Shown here: in pieces, positions 29,093 through 42,701 of the stretch | How positions within the stretch are numbered: position 1 is the stretch's first letter | Layout: the number at the start of each line of letters is the position of its first letter | Assembly (NCBI GenBank): GCA_963704245.1 | Contig: CAVPHJ010000002.1 | Coordinates: 30,317 to 94,316, forward strand | Reading direction: 5' to 3' | Source of the DNA: an uncultured delta proteobacterium | GTDB lineage: Bacteria; Desulfobacterota; DSM-4660; Desulfatiglandales; Desulfatiglandaceae | DNA length: 64,000 nt | The notes under the pieces: generated by a model | What the model was told of the DNA's origin: nothing | Seen by the model: only the letters and a program-made list of their open reading frames with translations | Databases searched by the model: none | Made by a program: the position numbers and the translations under genes

Positions 29093-30253
29093 ATGGAAAA
29101 AGCGAGCGGGACGCGTCCCCTGGGCGGGTTGCGGGTCATCGAGATGGCCGGATTGGCGCCGGCGCCTTACTGCGGCATGTTGCTGGCCGACTTCGGCGCC
29201 CGGGTCGTCATCGTGGATCGGCTTTCGAAAGGGGGCCCCGAGATCCCCAACCTGATGGCCAACAACCCACTGGACCGCGGCAAGGACTCGATCCGGGTCA
29301 ATCTCAAGACCCAGCCGGGGGCGGAGGTGGTGCGCCGCATGATCGGGGAGTATGATGTGCTGCTCGAACCCTACCGCCCCGGGGTCATGGAAGGCTTGGG
29401 ACTGGGACCCGCGGAGGCCTTGGCAATCAATCCCCGGCTGGTCTATGCGCGGCTGACCGGTTGGGGGCAGGCCGGACCGTACGCCGCCATGGCGGGCCAC
29501 GACATCAATTACATCGCCCTTGCGGGCGCCCTGTCGCTGTTCCGGCGGAAGGGGGAAAAACCGCTGCCGCCCTGCAATCTGCTGGGCGATTTTGCCGGCG
29601 GCGGGCTGCTCTGCGCCTTCGGCATCCTGCTGGCGCTGATCGAGCGCGCCAGGTCGGGCCGCGGGCAGGTGGTGGATGCGGCCATGGTGGACGGGGCGGC
29701 CAGCCTGGCCACCTTGTTCTACGGTCTGCTGGGCCACCAGCTGATGACTCTGGAGATCGGAACCAACATGCTGGATTCCGGGGCACCCTACTATCAGACG
29801 TACGAAACCTCAGACGGCAGGTTCATGTCCGTGGGGGCCATCGAGGCCCGGTTCTATGCAGAGCTGCTCGAGGGTCTCGGCCTGGATCCGGCGGAGCTAC
29901 CCCATCAGCAGGACGTGGAGCACTGGCCGGTCATGAGGGAACTTCTGGCCGAGACGTTCAAGGGCCGGACGCGGGATGAATGGGCCGCCCGCTTCGAGGG
30001 CCGGGATGCCTGCGTGGCGCCGGTGCTGGAGCTCGATGAGGTAGCGCGGCATCCCCACAACCGGCAGAGGGGCCTGCTGCTGGAGGTCGACGGCGTGATC
30101 CAGCCCGCCCCGGCGCCGCGGCTCTCGCGGACCGCAGGAAGGGCCGGGGCCGGGGGCGGCCCACGCGGTGCCCAGACCCGGGCGGTGTTGAGCGACCTGG
30201 GGTATTCCCAGGAGGGAATCGATCGACTGCTGGCCGAAGGCGTGGTTGAATAA
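29093..30253 (+). CDS. CaiB/BaiF family III CoA-transferase (alpha-methylacyl-CoA racemase-like)
   Basis: 386 aa. ...LRVIEMAGLAPAPYCGMLLADFGARVVIVDR...LLEPYRPGVMEGLGLGP...GWGQAGPYAAMAGHDINYIALAG.... Confidence 0.8.
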   Translation: MEKASGTRPLGGLRVIEMAGLAPAPYCGMLLADFGARVVIVDRLSKGGPEIPNLMANNPLDRGKDSIRVNLKTQPGAEVVRRMIGEYDVLLEPYRPGVMEGLGLGPAEALAINPRLVYARLTGWGQAGPYAAMAGHDINYIALAGALSLFRRKGEKPLPPCNLLGDFAGGGLLCAFGILLALIERARSGRGQVVDAAMVDGAASLATLFYGLLGHQLMTLEIGTNMLDSGAPYYQTYETSDGRFMSVGAIEARFYAELLEGLGLDPAELPHQQDVEHWPVMRELLAETFKGRTRDEWAARFEGRDACVAPVLELDEVARHPHNRQRGLLLEVDGVIQPAPAPRLSRTAGRAGAGGGPRGAQTRAVLSDLGYSQEGIDRLLAEGVVE

Positions 30254-30271
30254 GGGAATTGCGGGTGGGGT

Positions 30272-30796
30272 TCAGCAGGCTTTGCCGTCCTCGGGACGCG
30301 CGCAGTCGGAGGGGTCGCCGGCCAGCTTTTCGAGGGCGTGATTCAGGGCCGGCAGGAGTACGGTCAGGTTTTCACGGGCGCCGCGCGGGCTGCCGGGCAG
30401 GTTGATGATCAGACAAGAACCACGCACCCCGACCATGGCCCGCGACAGCATGGCGTGCGGCGTGTGCTGCAGGCTGGCGGCCCGCATGGCTTCCGCCATG
30501 CCGGGGACCGGGAAGTCGATGACCCTTTCCATGGCCTGGGGGGTGACGTCGGTGGGGCTCAGACCGGTGCCTCCGGAAGTCACGACGAGCCCCAGGCACT
30601 CGTTGTCCGCCCAATCCAGCAGCCGGGCGGCGATCTGATCCACCTGGTCGGGCACGATCCCGCGGCGGGCGACCCGATACCCCCGGGCCTCCAGCATTTG
30701 CGCCACCGCTTCTCCGCTCTCGTCCTGCCGTTCCCCGCGAAAGCCCCGGTCGCTGATCGTCAGCACGCCGGCGAGAATCTGATTGTCCGGCCGCAT
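30272..30796 (-). CDS. MogA/MoaB family molybdenum cofactor biosynthesis protein
   Basis: 174 aa. ...GVLTISDRG...LGLVVTSGGTGLSPTDVTPQAM...INLPGSPRGA.... Confidence 0.8.
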   Translation of the reverse strand: MRPDNQILAGVLTISDRGFRGERQDESGEAVAQMLEARGYRVARRGIVPDQVDQIAARLLDWADNECLGLVVTSGGTGLSPTDVTPQAMERVIDFPVPGMAEAMRAASLQHTPHAMLSRAMVGVRGSCLIINLPGSPRGARENLTVLLPALNHALEKLAGDPSDCARPEDGKAC

Positions 30797-30810
30797 GTTC
30801 CCGGTCCCGG

Positions 30811-32889
30811 CTATTCCCGTTCCTTGAGCGCCGCGATCACCCGGTCAGCCAGCTGGGAGGGGACCTCTTCGTAGTGGCTGGGCTCCATCCGGAAGGTTCC
30901 CCGGCCGCCGCTCATGCTGTTGAGGTCCAGGGCGTATTTGAGGACTTCGGCCATCGGCACCTGGGCTTTGATCACCTGAAAGCGGCCCTGGCCTTCCATG
31001 CCCAGCACCCGGCCACGGCGGCTGTTCAAATCGCCCATCACGTCGCCCATGACCTCCTCGGGGATCGTGATTTCCAGTTTCATGACCGGCTCGAGGAGGG
31101 TCGGAACGGCTTCCTGGACCGCCTTCTTGAGACACATGCTGGCCGCAATCTTGAAGGCCATCTCGGAGCTGTCCACGTCATGGGACTTGCCGTCATAGAA
31201 ACGGACCTTCAGATCGACCATCGGGTATCCGGCCAGAATGCCGACCCGCAGGGCCTCATTCAGGCCCTTTTCCACCGCCGGCACGAAATTCCGCGGGACG
31301 TTCATCCCCACCAGGGCTTCGTCGAACTCGAAGCCGGCGCCCCGCTCGAGCGGGGCAACGTCGAAGTGCACCTCGGCGAACTGACCGCGGCCGCCGGTCT
31401 GTTTCTTGTGGCGGTAGACGATGCCCTCGACCGCTTTCTTGATGGTCTCGCGGTAGGGGACCTTGAGCGGGTTGAGGTTCACCTCCACGCCGAACTTGCG
31501 CTGCAGCTTCTCACAGGTGGTCTCCAGATGGATCTGGCCGGTTCCGGAGAGCACGATCTCCGAGGTGGCCTGATCCCTTGCCAGCCGCAAAGTGGGGTCT
31601 TCTTCGAGGAGCCGCGCCAGCGAGGAGAAAAGCTTGTCCTCGCTGCCCTTGGTCTTGGCCTCTATGGCATAGGAGATGACCGGGGGCAGGGGCTCGACCG
31701 GCGTGTAGACCACCGGCTCGGAGGCGGCGCAAAGGGTATCGCCGGTCACCGTTTCCTTGAGCTTGGCCACCGCAATGATGTCGCCCGCTCCGGCCATCTC
31801 CGCCGGCTGTTGCTTGCGGCCCTCCATGATGAGCAGCTGCCCGAATTTTTCTTTCACTTCCTTGTTGGCGTTGTAGACTGCGCTGTCGGGTTCCACGCTG
31901 CCCGAAATGACGCGCATGACCGTGAGCTTGCCGGCAAAGGGGTCGGCCACGGTCTTGAAGACCAGCGCCGAGAAGGGTGCGTCCAGCAACGGGGCGCGTT
32001 CGACCGTCTCGTCGGTGCCGGGTTTGAGCCCCTGCCACGAGCCGCGCTCCAGGGGGGAGGGCAGGCCCTGCACGATGAGGTCCATGAGCTGCGGCACTCC
32101 CATATTCAGGGTCGCCGATCCGCCCAGGGCCGGGATCATGATTCCGGATTTCATGCCCAGCACCAGGGTTTCCTCGATCTCCTGGGGGGAAAGCTCCTCC
32201 CCTTCCAGGTACTTTTCCATGACCTCGTCGTTGGCCTCGACGACATTTTCGATCATCTTCTCGCGCCACTCGGCGACCAGGTCCTGAAGCTCGGCCGGAA
32301 TTTCGACGGTTTCGAATTTCCCGCTGCCGTCCTTCGGGTAGCGGTGGGCCTTCAGCCGAATGAGGTCGATCAGACCGACGAACTGATCCTCGGCCCCCCA
32401 CGGCAGCAAGACCGGCGTCACCTTGGTCTCGAAGGTGCGGCCGACCTCCTCGATAACTTTGAAGAAGTCGGCCCGTTCGCGATCCATCTTGTTGACGAAG
32501 ACCAGCTTGGGCAGCCCCTGTGCCCCGGCAAAGGCCCAAACCTTCTCGGTCCCGATTTTCACGCCGGCGGTCGCGTCGATGAGCACGATGACGCTGTCGG
32601 CAGCCTGCAGGGAGGTCTTGGTTTCGGAAAGGAAATTGTCGTCCCCGGCGGTGTCGATGAGATTGATCTGGGTTTTCTTCCAGCCGGTGTGGTGCAGGGC
32701 CGTGCTGATGGTGATCTGGCGCTTGATTTCCTCGGGTTCGAAATCGAAGCTGGAGGAGCCGTCATCCACCTTGCCGAGGCGCGAGGAGGACTTGCCGTCA
32801 AAGAGCATGGCCTCGGCCAGCGAGGTTTTCCCCGCACCCCCGTGGGCGATCAGGGCGACGTTTCTGAGCTGTTCGACCTTTTTTTCCAT
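30811..32889 (-). CDS. elongation factor G paralog (EF-G II-like)
   Basis: The start is the ATG at 32889 (AGGAGAAGGGG RBS), not the track start at 32970. G1 motif AHGGAGKTS. G3 region reads DTAGDDNF instead of DTPGHVDF. 692 aa with EF-G domains II-V. Confidence 0.85.
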   Translation of the reverse strand: MEKKVEQLRNVALIAHGGAGKTSLAEAMLFDGKSSSRLGKVDDGSSSFDFEPEEIKRQITISTALHHTGWKKTQINLIDTAGDDNFLSETKTSLQAADSVIVLIDATAGVKIGTEKVWAFAGAQGLPKLVFVNKMDRERADFFKVIEEVGRTFETKVTPVLLPWGAEDQFVGLIDLIRLKAHRYPKDGSGKFETVEIPAELQDLVAEWREKMIENVVEANDEVMEKYLEGEELSPQEIEETLVLGMKSGIMIPALGGSATLNMGVPQLMDLIVQGLPSPLERGSWQGLKPGTDETVERAPLLDAPFSALVFKTVADPFAGKLTVMRVISGSVEPDSAVYNANKEVKEKFGQLLIMEGRKQQPAEMAGAGDIIAVAKLKETVTGDTLCAASEPVVYTPVEPLPPVISYAIEAKTKGSEDKLFSSLARLLEEDPTLRLARDQATSEIVLSGTGQIHLETTCEKLQRKFGVEVNLNPLKVPYRETIKKAVEGIVYRHKKQTGGRGQFAEVHFDVAPLERGAGFEFDEALVGMNVPRNFVPAVEKGLNEALRVGILAGYPMVDLKVRFYDGKSHDVDSSEMAFKIAASMCLKKAVQEAVPTLLEPVMKLEITIPEEVMGDVMGDLNSRRGRVLGMEGQGRFQVIKAQVPMAEVLKYALDLNSMSGGRGTFRMEPSHYEEVPSQLADRVIAALKERE

Positions 32890-33228
32890 ATCGGAACCCC
32901 TTCTCCTAAAGTGGTCCGCTCCCGGCGGCAGCCGGAAAGCGAACTGGAAGCCGGCATGGGGAAAAGACATGCGTTGTATGTGGTGCGTCGCGTGCCCGGA
33001 GCACGCCCTCCGCGGCCGAATTGCGGCTGAGGCCCGCAGCCTACATCCAAGTGGGTTTTGAAGTCAAGCGTTGGAATCGGTTGCAACATTTTTTCGTTGC
33101 GGATTCCGTCGGAGGTGCTACACTGACCATTTTTATCCGCCTTCGCCGGGCCGCTGCCGGCCCGCCAGCGGCGAAGCAGAGAGAGGGTTTCGTCCCGACC
33201 CGGAGGGCGGGGCGAGAGGGCCCGGAAC

Positions 33229-34128
33229 TTGGAACTCGAAAGAGCCATCGGCGACTACCTGGAGCATTTGCGCCGGCAGCGGGGGTTCTCGGAGCACACG
33301 CTGCGCGGCTATCGCGCGGATCTGCTGCAGTTCACCCGCTTTCTCGCTTCCGAGGGCCATCCGCCAATCGATAGTCGCCTCATCCGGAAGTACGTGACCG
33401 GGCTTTTCAAGGGCTACCGTCGAACGACTATCGCCCGCAAGCTCTCGGCCGTCCGTTCCCTGTTTTCCCATCTGGAAGACCAGGGGGTGATCCAGGCCAA
33501 CCCGGCGGCCGATCTGGTCACCCCCAAGTTGGAAAGGGCGGTTCCGGCCTACCTCACCGTGGATGAGGTATTCCGGGTGCTCGCGAGGCCGGAGCCGGGC
33601 CATGCGCTGGGATGCAGGGACCTGGCCATCCTGGAGGTGCTCTATTCCTCGGGGTTGCGGGTCGCGGAGGTGCAAGGGCTGAACGTGGGGAGCGTCGATT
33701 TCGGGCAGCGCCTGGTGCGCGTGCTCGGCAAGGGCGACAAGGAGCGGCTGGTGCCCATCGGCAGCCAGGCCCTGAAGGTCCTCGGCGCCTACCTGGAGCT
33801 CACCGCCCACGTCCGTAAGAGGGTGCGGCCCGCTGGGCGGGCGGGGCCCGGCGAGCCTCTGTTCCTGAACTATCGCGGCGAGCGGCTGACGGCCCGCAGC
33901 ATCCGGAGAATCGTCAAGCGCTACGCCGCGGAGTGCGGGCTGCCGGCCGCCGTGGGGCCGCATGCCATGCGCCACAGCTTTGCCACCCATCTGCTGGACG
34001 GAGGCGCGGACCTGCGCTCGGTCCAGGAAATGCTGGGTCACGAGAGCCTTTCGACCACCCAGCGCTACACCCACGTGAGCCTCGACCGGCTGATGGAGGT
34101 CTACGACAAAGCACACCCGCGCAGCTGA
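33229..34128 (+). CDS. xerC: tyrosine recombinase XerC
   Basis: 299 aa, TTG start. ...[12 protein letters not shown]...[14 protein letters not shown] catalytic motifs. The xerC-hslV-hslU synteny is conserved. Confidence 0.85.
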   Translation: MELERAIGDYLEHLRRQRGFSEHTLRGYRADLLQFTRFLASEGHPPIDSRLIRKYVTGLFKGYRRTTIARKLSAVRSLFSHLEDQGVIQANPAADLVTPKLERAVPAYLTVDEVFRVLARPEPGHALGCRDLAILEVLYSSGLRVAEVQGLNVGSVDFGQRLVRVLGKGDKERLVPIGSQALKVLGAYLELTAHVRKRVRPAGRAGPGEPLFLNYRGERLTARSIRRIVKRYAAECGLPAAVGPHAMRHSFATHLLDGGADLRSVQEMLGHESLSTTQRYTHVSLDRLMEVYDKAHPRS

Positions 34129-34193
34129 CAGGCGCCCGCACCGCGATGGTGGGCGGTGGGGCATCCGGCGGAGGCCGGGGATCGGGGCGGCAG

Positions 34194-34793
34194 ATGAAAA
34201 CCGACGGAACGAGAGAGCGGGAGGGATTTCGAAGGCCGCAGGCAGAGTGCGGGCGCTTTCGCAGCACCACCATCCTGGCCGTCCGCAAGGGCGGTCGGGC
34301 GGTCATGGCCGGAGACGGCCAGGTCAGCCTCGGCGAGACCATCATGAAGCATCGGGCGAGCAAGGTCCGCCATCTATATCAGGACTCGGTCCTGGCGGGT
34401 TTTGCCGGCGCGGCCGCCGATGCCTTCAGCCTGCTGGAGAGACTGGAGGCCAAGCTGGAGAGTTATCACGGCAATCTGACCCGCTCGGCGGTGGAACTCG
34501 CCAAGGACTGGCGGACGGACAGGATTCTGAGAAGGCTGGAGGCCATGCTGCTGGCCATGGACCGGGAGCACATCCTGATCATCTCGGGAACCGGGGATGT
34601 CATCGAACCGGACGAGGCGGTGGCCGCCATCGGATCGGGCGGCCCCTACGCCCTGGCCGCGGCCCGGGCGCTGGCGAACCATTCCCAGCTGGACGCGGCC
34701 GAAATCGCCATGGAGTCCATGAAAATCGCGGCCTCGATTTGTCTTTACACCAACGATCAGATCGTGCTGCGTGAACTGAAGCCCCGGGGCTGA
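34194..34793 (+). CDS. hslV: ATP-dependent protease subunit HslV (start uncertain)
   Basis: ...[35 protein letters not shown]... The only in-frame start upstream of the catalytic Thr is the ATG at 34194, which gives an unusual 26-residue N-terminal extension. Confidence 0.8.
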   Translation: MKTDGTREREGFRRPQAECGRFRSTTILAVRKGGRAVMAGDGQVSLGETIMKHRASKVRHLYQDSVLAGFAGAAADAFSLLERLEAKLESYHGNLTRSAVELAKDWRTDRILRRLEAMLLAMDREHILIISGTGDVIEPDEAVAAIGSGGPYALAAARALANHSQLDAAEIAMESMKIAASICLYTNDQIVLRELKPRG

Positions 34794-34813
34794 CCCGCCC
34801 GGAGGAGGGGAGG

Positions 34814-37093
<2,280 letters not shown>

Positions 37094-37135
37094 AGCGGCG
37101 GGTTTCAGGACATCCATGAAGGAAAGTGAGGCGCC

Positions 37136-38356
<1,221 letters not shown>

Positions 38357-38359
38357 CCC

Positions 38360-39265
38360 ATGAAGCGGGACTTTCTGACCATCCGGGACCTGAGCCGGGA
38401 GGAGATCCTGAGCCTGTTGCGCCGGGGGACCGAGATCAAGCAGGCCGGCGGCCGGCCTGCCACGCGCTTCGAGGGCCGGGTGCTGGGGCTGCTGTTCAAC
38501 AAGGCCTCCACCCGCACGCGGGTGTCCTTCGAGGTGGCCATGTTCCGGCTGGGCGGGCAGACGGTTTTCCTGCGCGAGGAGGAGACCCAGGTTTCCCGGG
38601 ACGAGCCGGTCAAAGACACGGCCAGGGTCCTGTCGCGATACCTGGATGCCCTGGCGGTGCGCACGTTCTCCCAGGGGATCCTGGCGGAGATGGCACGCTG
38701 GGCCGCTATCCCGGTGATCAACGCCCTGACCGATGAGTACCACCCCTGTCAGGTGCTGAGCGATCTCATGACCGTGCAGGAAAAGCTGGGGGACCTGCGG
38801 CCGCTCCGGGTAGCCTGGATCGGGGACGGCAACAACGTGGCCAATTCCTGGATCAACGCCGCGGCGGTGCTGGGCTTCGAGTTGACCCTGGCCTGCCCGC
38901 CGGGGTACCGGCCCCTGGCGGCGGTACTGGAAGCGGCGGGTCCGGGCGTGAGAGTGGTTGGGGACCCGCTGGAGGCGGCCCGCGGGGCGGACGTGCTCAA
39001 TACCGACGTGTGGGCCAGCATGGGGCAGGAGGCCGAGCGAAAGGAAAGGATCGAGGCCTTCGACGGGTTTCAGCTGAACGCGGACCTCGTGGCCGCGGCC
39101 CGGCCCGGGGTGCTGGTCATGCACTGTCTGCCGGCGCACCGCGGCGAAGAGATCTCCGAGGCGGTTCTGGAAGGGCCGCGGTCGGTGGTGTTTGACCAGG
39201 CGGAAAACAAGATGCACCTTCAGCAGGCTCTGCTGGAGCTGCTTCTCGAGCAAAGCGGGCGATAA
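38360..39265 (+). CDS. argF: ornithine carbamoyltransferase
   Basis: 301 aa with STRTR motif (FNKASTRTRVSFE) and an HCLP motif. Confidence 0.9.
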   Translation: MKRDFLTIRDLSREEILSLLRRGTEIKQAGGRPATRFEGRVLGLLFNKASTRTRVSFEVAMFRLGGQTVFLREEETQVSRDEPVKDTARVLSRYLDALAVRTFSQGILAEMARWAAIPVINALTDEYHPCQVLSDLMTVQEKLGDLRPLRVAWIGDGNNVANSWINAAAVLGFELTLACPPGYRPLAAVLEAAGPGVRVVGDPLEAARGADVLNTDVWASMGQEAERKERIEAFDGFQLNADLVAAARPGVLVMHCLPAHRGEEISEAVLEGPRSVVFDQAENKMHLQQALLELLLEQSGR

Positions 39266-39290
39266 GAAGCCGGTCCTGGGAAGTGCCGAC

Positions 39291-39335
39291 GGATTCCGGG
39301 GCCGCCCGATCGACGTCGAAATCGATATCGAAATC
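39291..39335. repeat. short motif cluster: GGATTCCGGGG plus CGAAATC x2
   Basis: GGATTCCGGGG (39291-39301) recurs exactly at 40860-40870. CGAAATC occurs at 39317-39323 and 39329-39335 around the palindrome ATCGATATCGAT-like core. Confidence 0.6.
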
Positions 39336-39445
39336 GGGAGTCGGCCGGCAGCCGCGTTCGACCCGATACCGACCGCGAGCGCTCGACGATGACTGCCGGG
39401 CGGGGATTCAACCTTGTAAAACGGACAGAGGGGAGGAACAGAGTT

Positions 39446-40666
39446 TTGCCTAGCGAAGTCAGGAAGATCGTGCTGGCCTATTCCGGTGGACTGGACACCT
39501 CCGTGATCCTCCACTGGCTCAAGGAGACCTACGGCTGTCCGGTGGTGGCCTACGCGGCCGACCTGGGACAGGGCGACGAGCTGGAGGGCATCCGCGACAA
39601 GGCCCTCAAGACCGGCGCCGACGAAGTGGTCATCGAGGACGTCCGGGAAGCCTTTGTGCGGGATCACGTGTGGCCGGCGCTGAGGGCCAATGCGGTTTAC
39701 GAATCCAGCTACCTGCTGGGGACCTCCCTGGCGCGGCCCCTGATCGCCCAGGGCCAGGTGCGGGCGGCCCAGCGGGTGGGGGCCGACGCGGTCTCCCACG
39801 GCGCCACCGGCAAGGGCAACGATCAGGTGCGCTTCGAACTGGCCTACATGGCGCTCGACCCGAGCCTGAAGACCATTGCGCCCTGGAGGATCTGGGATTT
39901 CAAGGGCCGCGAAGATCTGATCGACTACGCCCGCTCCCGCGGCATCCCGGTGCCGGTGAGCAAGGAAAAGCCCTACTCAACCGACCGCAACCTGCTGCAC
40001 ATCAGCTTCGAGGGGGGGATCCTCGAAGACACCTGGCGCGAGCCGCCGGCGGAGACTCACGTCATGACCGTCCCGCCGGAAAAGGCCCCGGACCGGGTCA
40101 CAACCCTGGAAATCGATTTCCGGGAGGGGAATCCGGTGGCGGTGGACGGTGAAGCCCTCTCCCCGGCCGCGCTCTTGGCGCGGCTGAACGAGGTGGGCGG
40201 CCGCAACGCCGTCGGTCGGGTGGACATGGTGGAGAACCGCTACGTGGGCATGAAGAGCCGGGGGGTGTACGAGACCCCGGGCGGGACCATCCTGCGGGCC
40301 GCGCACCTGGCCATGGAGTCCATCACCCTGGACCGCGAGGTCATGCATATCCGGGACTCCCTCATCCCGCGCTATGCGGAGATGATCTACTATGGGTACT
40401 GGTTCGCCCCGGAGCGGCGGATGCTGCAGAACCTGATCGACGAAACCCAGCAGAAGGTGACCGGCACCGTGCGGCTCAAGCTCTACAAGGGAACCTGCCA
40501 GGTGGTGGGCCGGAAGTCGGAGACCAGCCTGTACCACCCCGGGTTTGCCACTTTCGAGGGCGATCAGGTCTACAACCAGAAGGACGCCGAGGGATTCATC
40601 CGGCTGAGCGGGCTGCGGCTCAAGATCGCCCGGCTGCTGGAGGGGAACCGCAAGGCGCGGCCATAG
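39446..40666 (+). CDS. argG: argininosuccinate synthase
   Basis: TTG at 39446 sits 8 nt after GGGAGG. ...[19 protein letters not shown]... 406 aa. The track ORF start at 39389 is probably too early. Confidence 0.9.
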   Translation: MPSEVRKIVLAYSGGLDTSVILHWLKETYGCPVVAYAADLGQGDELEGIRDKALKTGADEVVIEDVREAFVRDHVWPALRANAVYESSYLLGTSLARPLIAQGQVRAAQRVGADAVSHGATGKGNDQVRFELAYMALDPSLKTIAPWRIWDFKGREDLIDYARSRGIPVPVSKEKPYSTDRNLLHISFEGGILEDTWREPPAETHVMTVPPEKAPDRVTTLEIDFREGNPVAVDGEALSPAALLARLNEVGGRNAVGRVDMVENRYVGMKSRGVYETPGGTILRAAHLAMESITLDREVMHIRDSLIPRYAEMIYYGYWFAPERRMLQNLIDETQQKVTGTVRLKLYKGTCQVVGRKSETSLYHPGFATFEGDQVYNQKDAEGFIRLSGLRLKIARLLEGNRKARP

Positions 40667-40720
40667 ACTCCCCCAGGCGGAAAGCCCTCAGAAGAACGAC
40701 TCCGCTTGTCGGAGACGAGA

Positions 40721-40870
40721 AAATCCTACATTCGCATATCGAAATCTGAATGACCCAAATCCGAATGATTAAAACACGAAACGAGTGTCCCGCCGTTCTG
40801 GTTTGGGATTTTGGGCATTGGGATTTTGAAATTGTTTCGGATTTGGAATTTTGGTATTCGGATTCCGGGG
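40721..40870. repeat. AT-rich degenerate ATT(T)GG / CCNAAAT repeat element with inverted arms
   Basis: Hand count gives 63 G+C in 150 nt. The right arm has about 8 units ATTTTGGG/CATTGGG/ATTTGGA/ATTCGG.... The left arm carries the complementary polarity. CCAAATCCGAA (40755-40765) is exactly complementary to TTCGGATTTGG (40836-40846). Confidence 0.7.
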
Positions 40871-40879
40871 GGTAATTCG

Positions 40880-42258
<1,379 letters not shown>

Positions 42259-42262
<4 letters not shown>

Positions 42263-42693
42263 GAAACGCATGGTGGTTGAGCCTCGTGTTGACCATCGCC
42301 CTGAGCTTGACGGCTTGCGGCAAGAAGGGCCCCCCCAGGCTTCCCGCTGCGAGCGCCGCCCTCAGGGTGGAACGTCTGGAGGCCAGCTGGGATGGGCAGC
42401 GGGCGAAGCTCACGGCGGAAGCCGGTCGCGGGCGGGGCGGAGCAGCGGGTGAACCTGCCGGCTGCCGGGTGTACCATTTACGCTACGCTGCGGACAGCCC
42501 GCCCTGCGAAACCTGCCCGTTGGAGTTCGGCGCCCACCGGGACGTTCAGGGCGCCCGGGAGGAGGGGAACCGCTTCGTCTGCTGGGTGGAAGGACTCGCC
42601 GAGCCCGGTCTGCACTACTTCCGGGTCCGGCTGCTGGACCGCGGCGGGAGGGCCGGGCCACCCTCCGGCACAACCAGACTGGTGAAAGAATAG
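42259..42693 (+). CDS. putative lipoprotein with LptM-like N-terminus
   Basis: The TTG at 42259 sits 10 nt after AAGGAGG and overlaps the argH stop. Lipobox LSLTAC followed by GKKGPP. 144 aa. It occupies the argH-lysA position where small LptM/YifL-type lipoproteins often sit. Confidence 0.55.
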
Positions 42694-42701
42694 GGAATTC
42701 C

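Noticed and set aside
33229-34128. Tyrosine recombinase as marker of an integrated mobile element.
   Set aside because: It sits in the conserved housekeeping xerC-hslV-hslU arrangement. There are no flanking direct repeats, tRNA junction or cargo genes.
40721-40870. CRISPR array or ARG-box operators in the arg spacers.
   Set aside because: The units are 6-9 nt, degenerate and contiguous, with no repeat-spacer structure. TGAAT-containing words do not form the 18-bp TNTGAAT-WWWW-ATTCANW palindrome.
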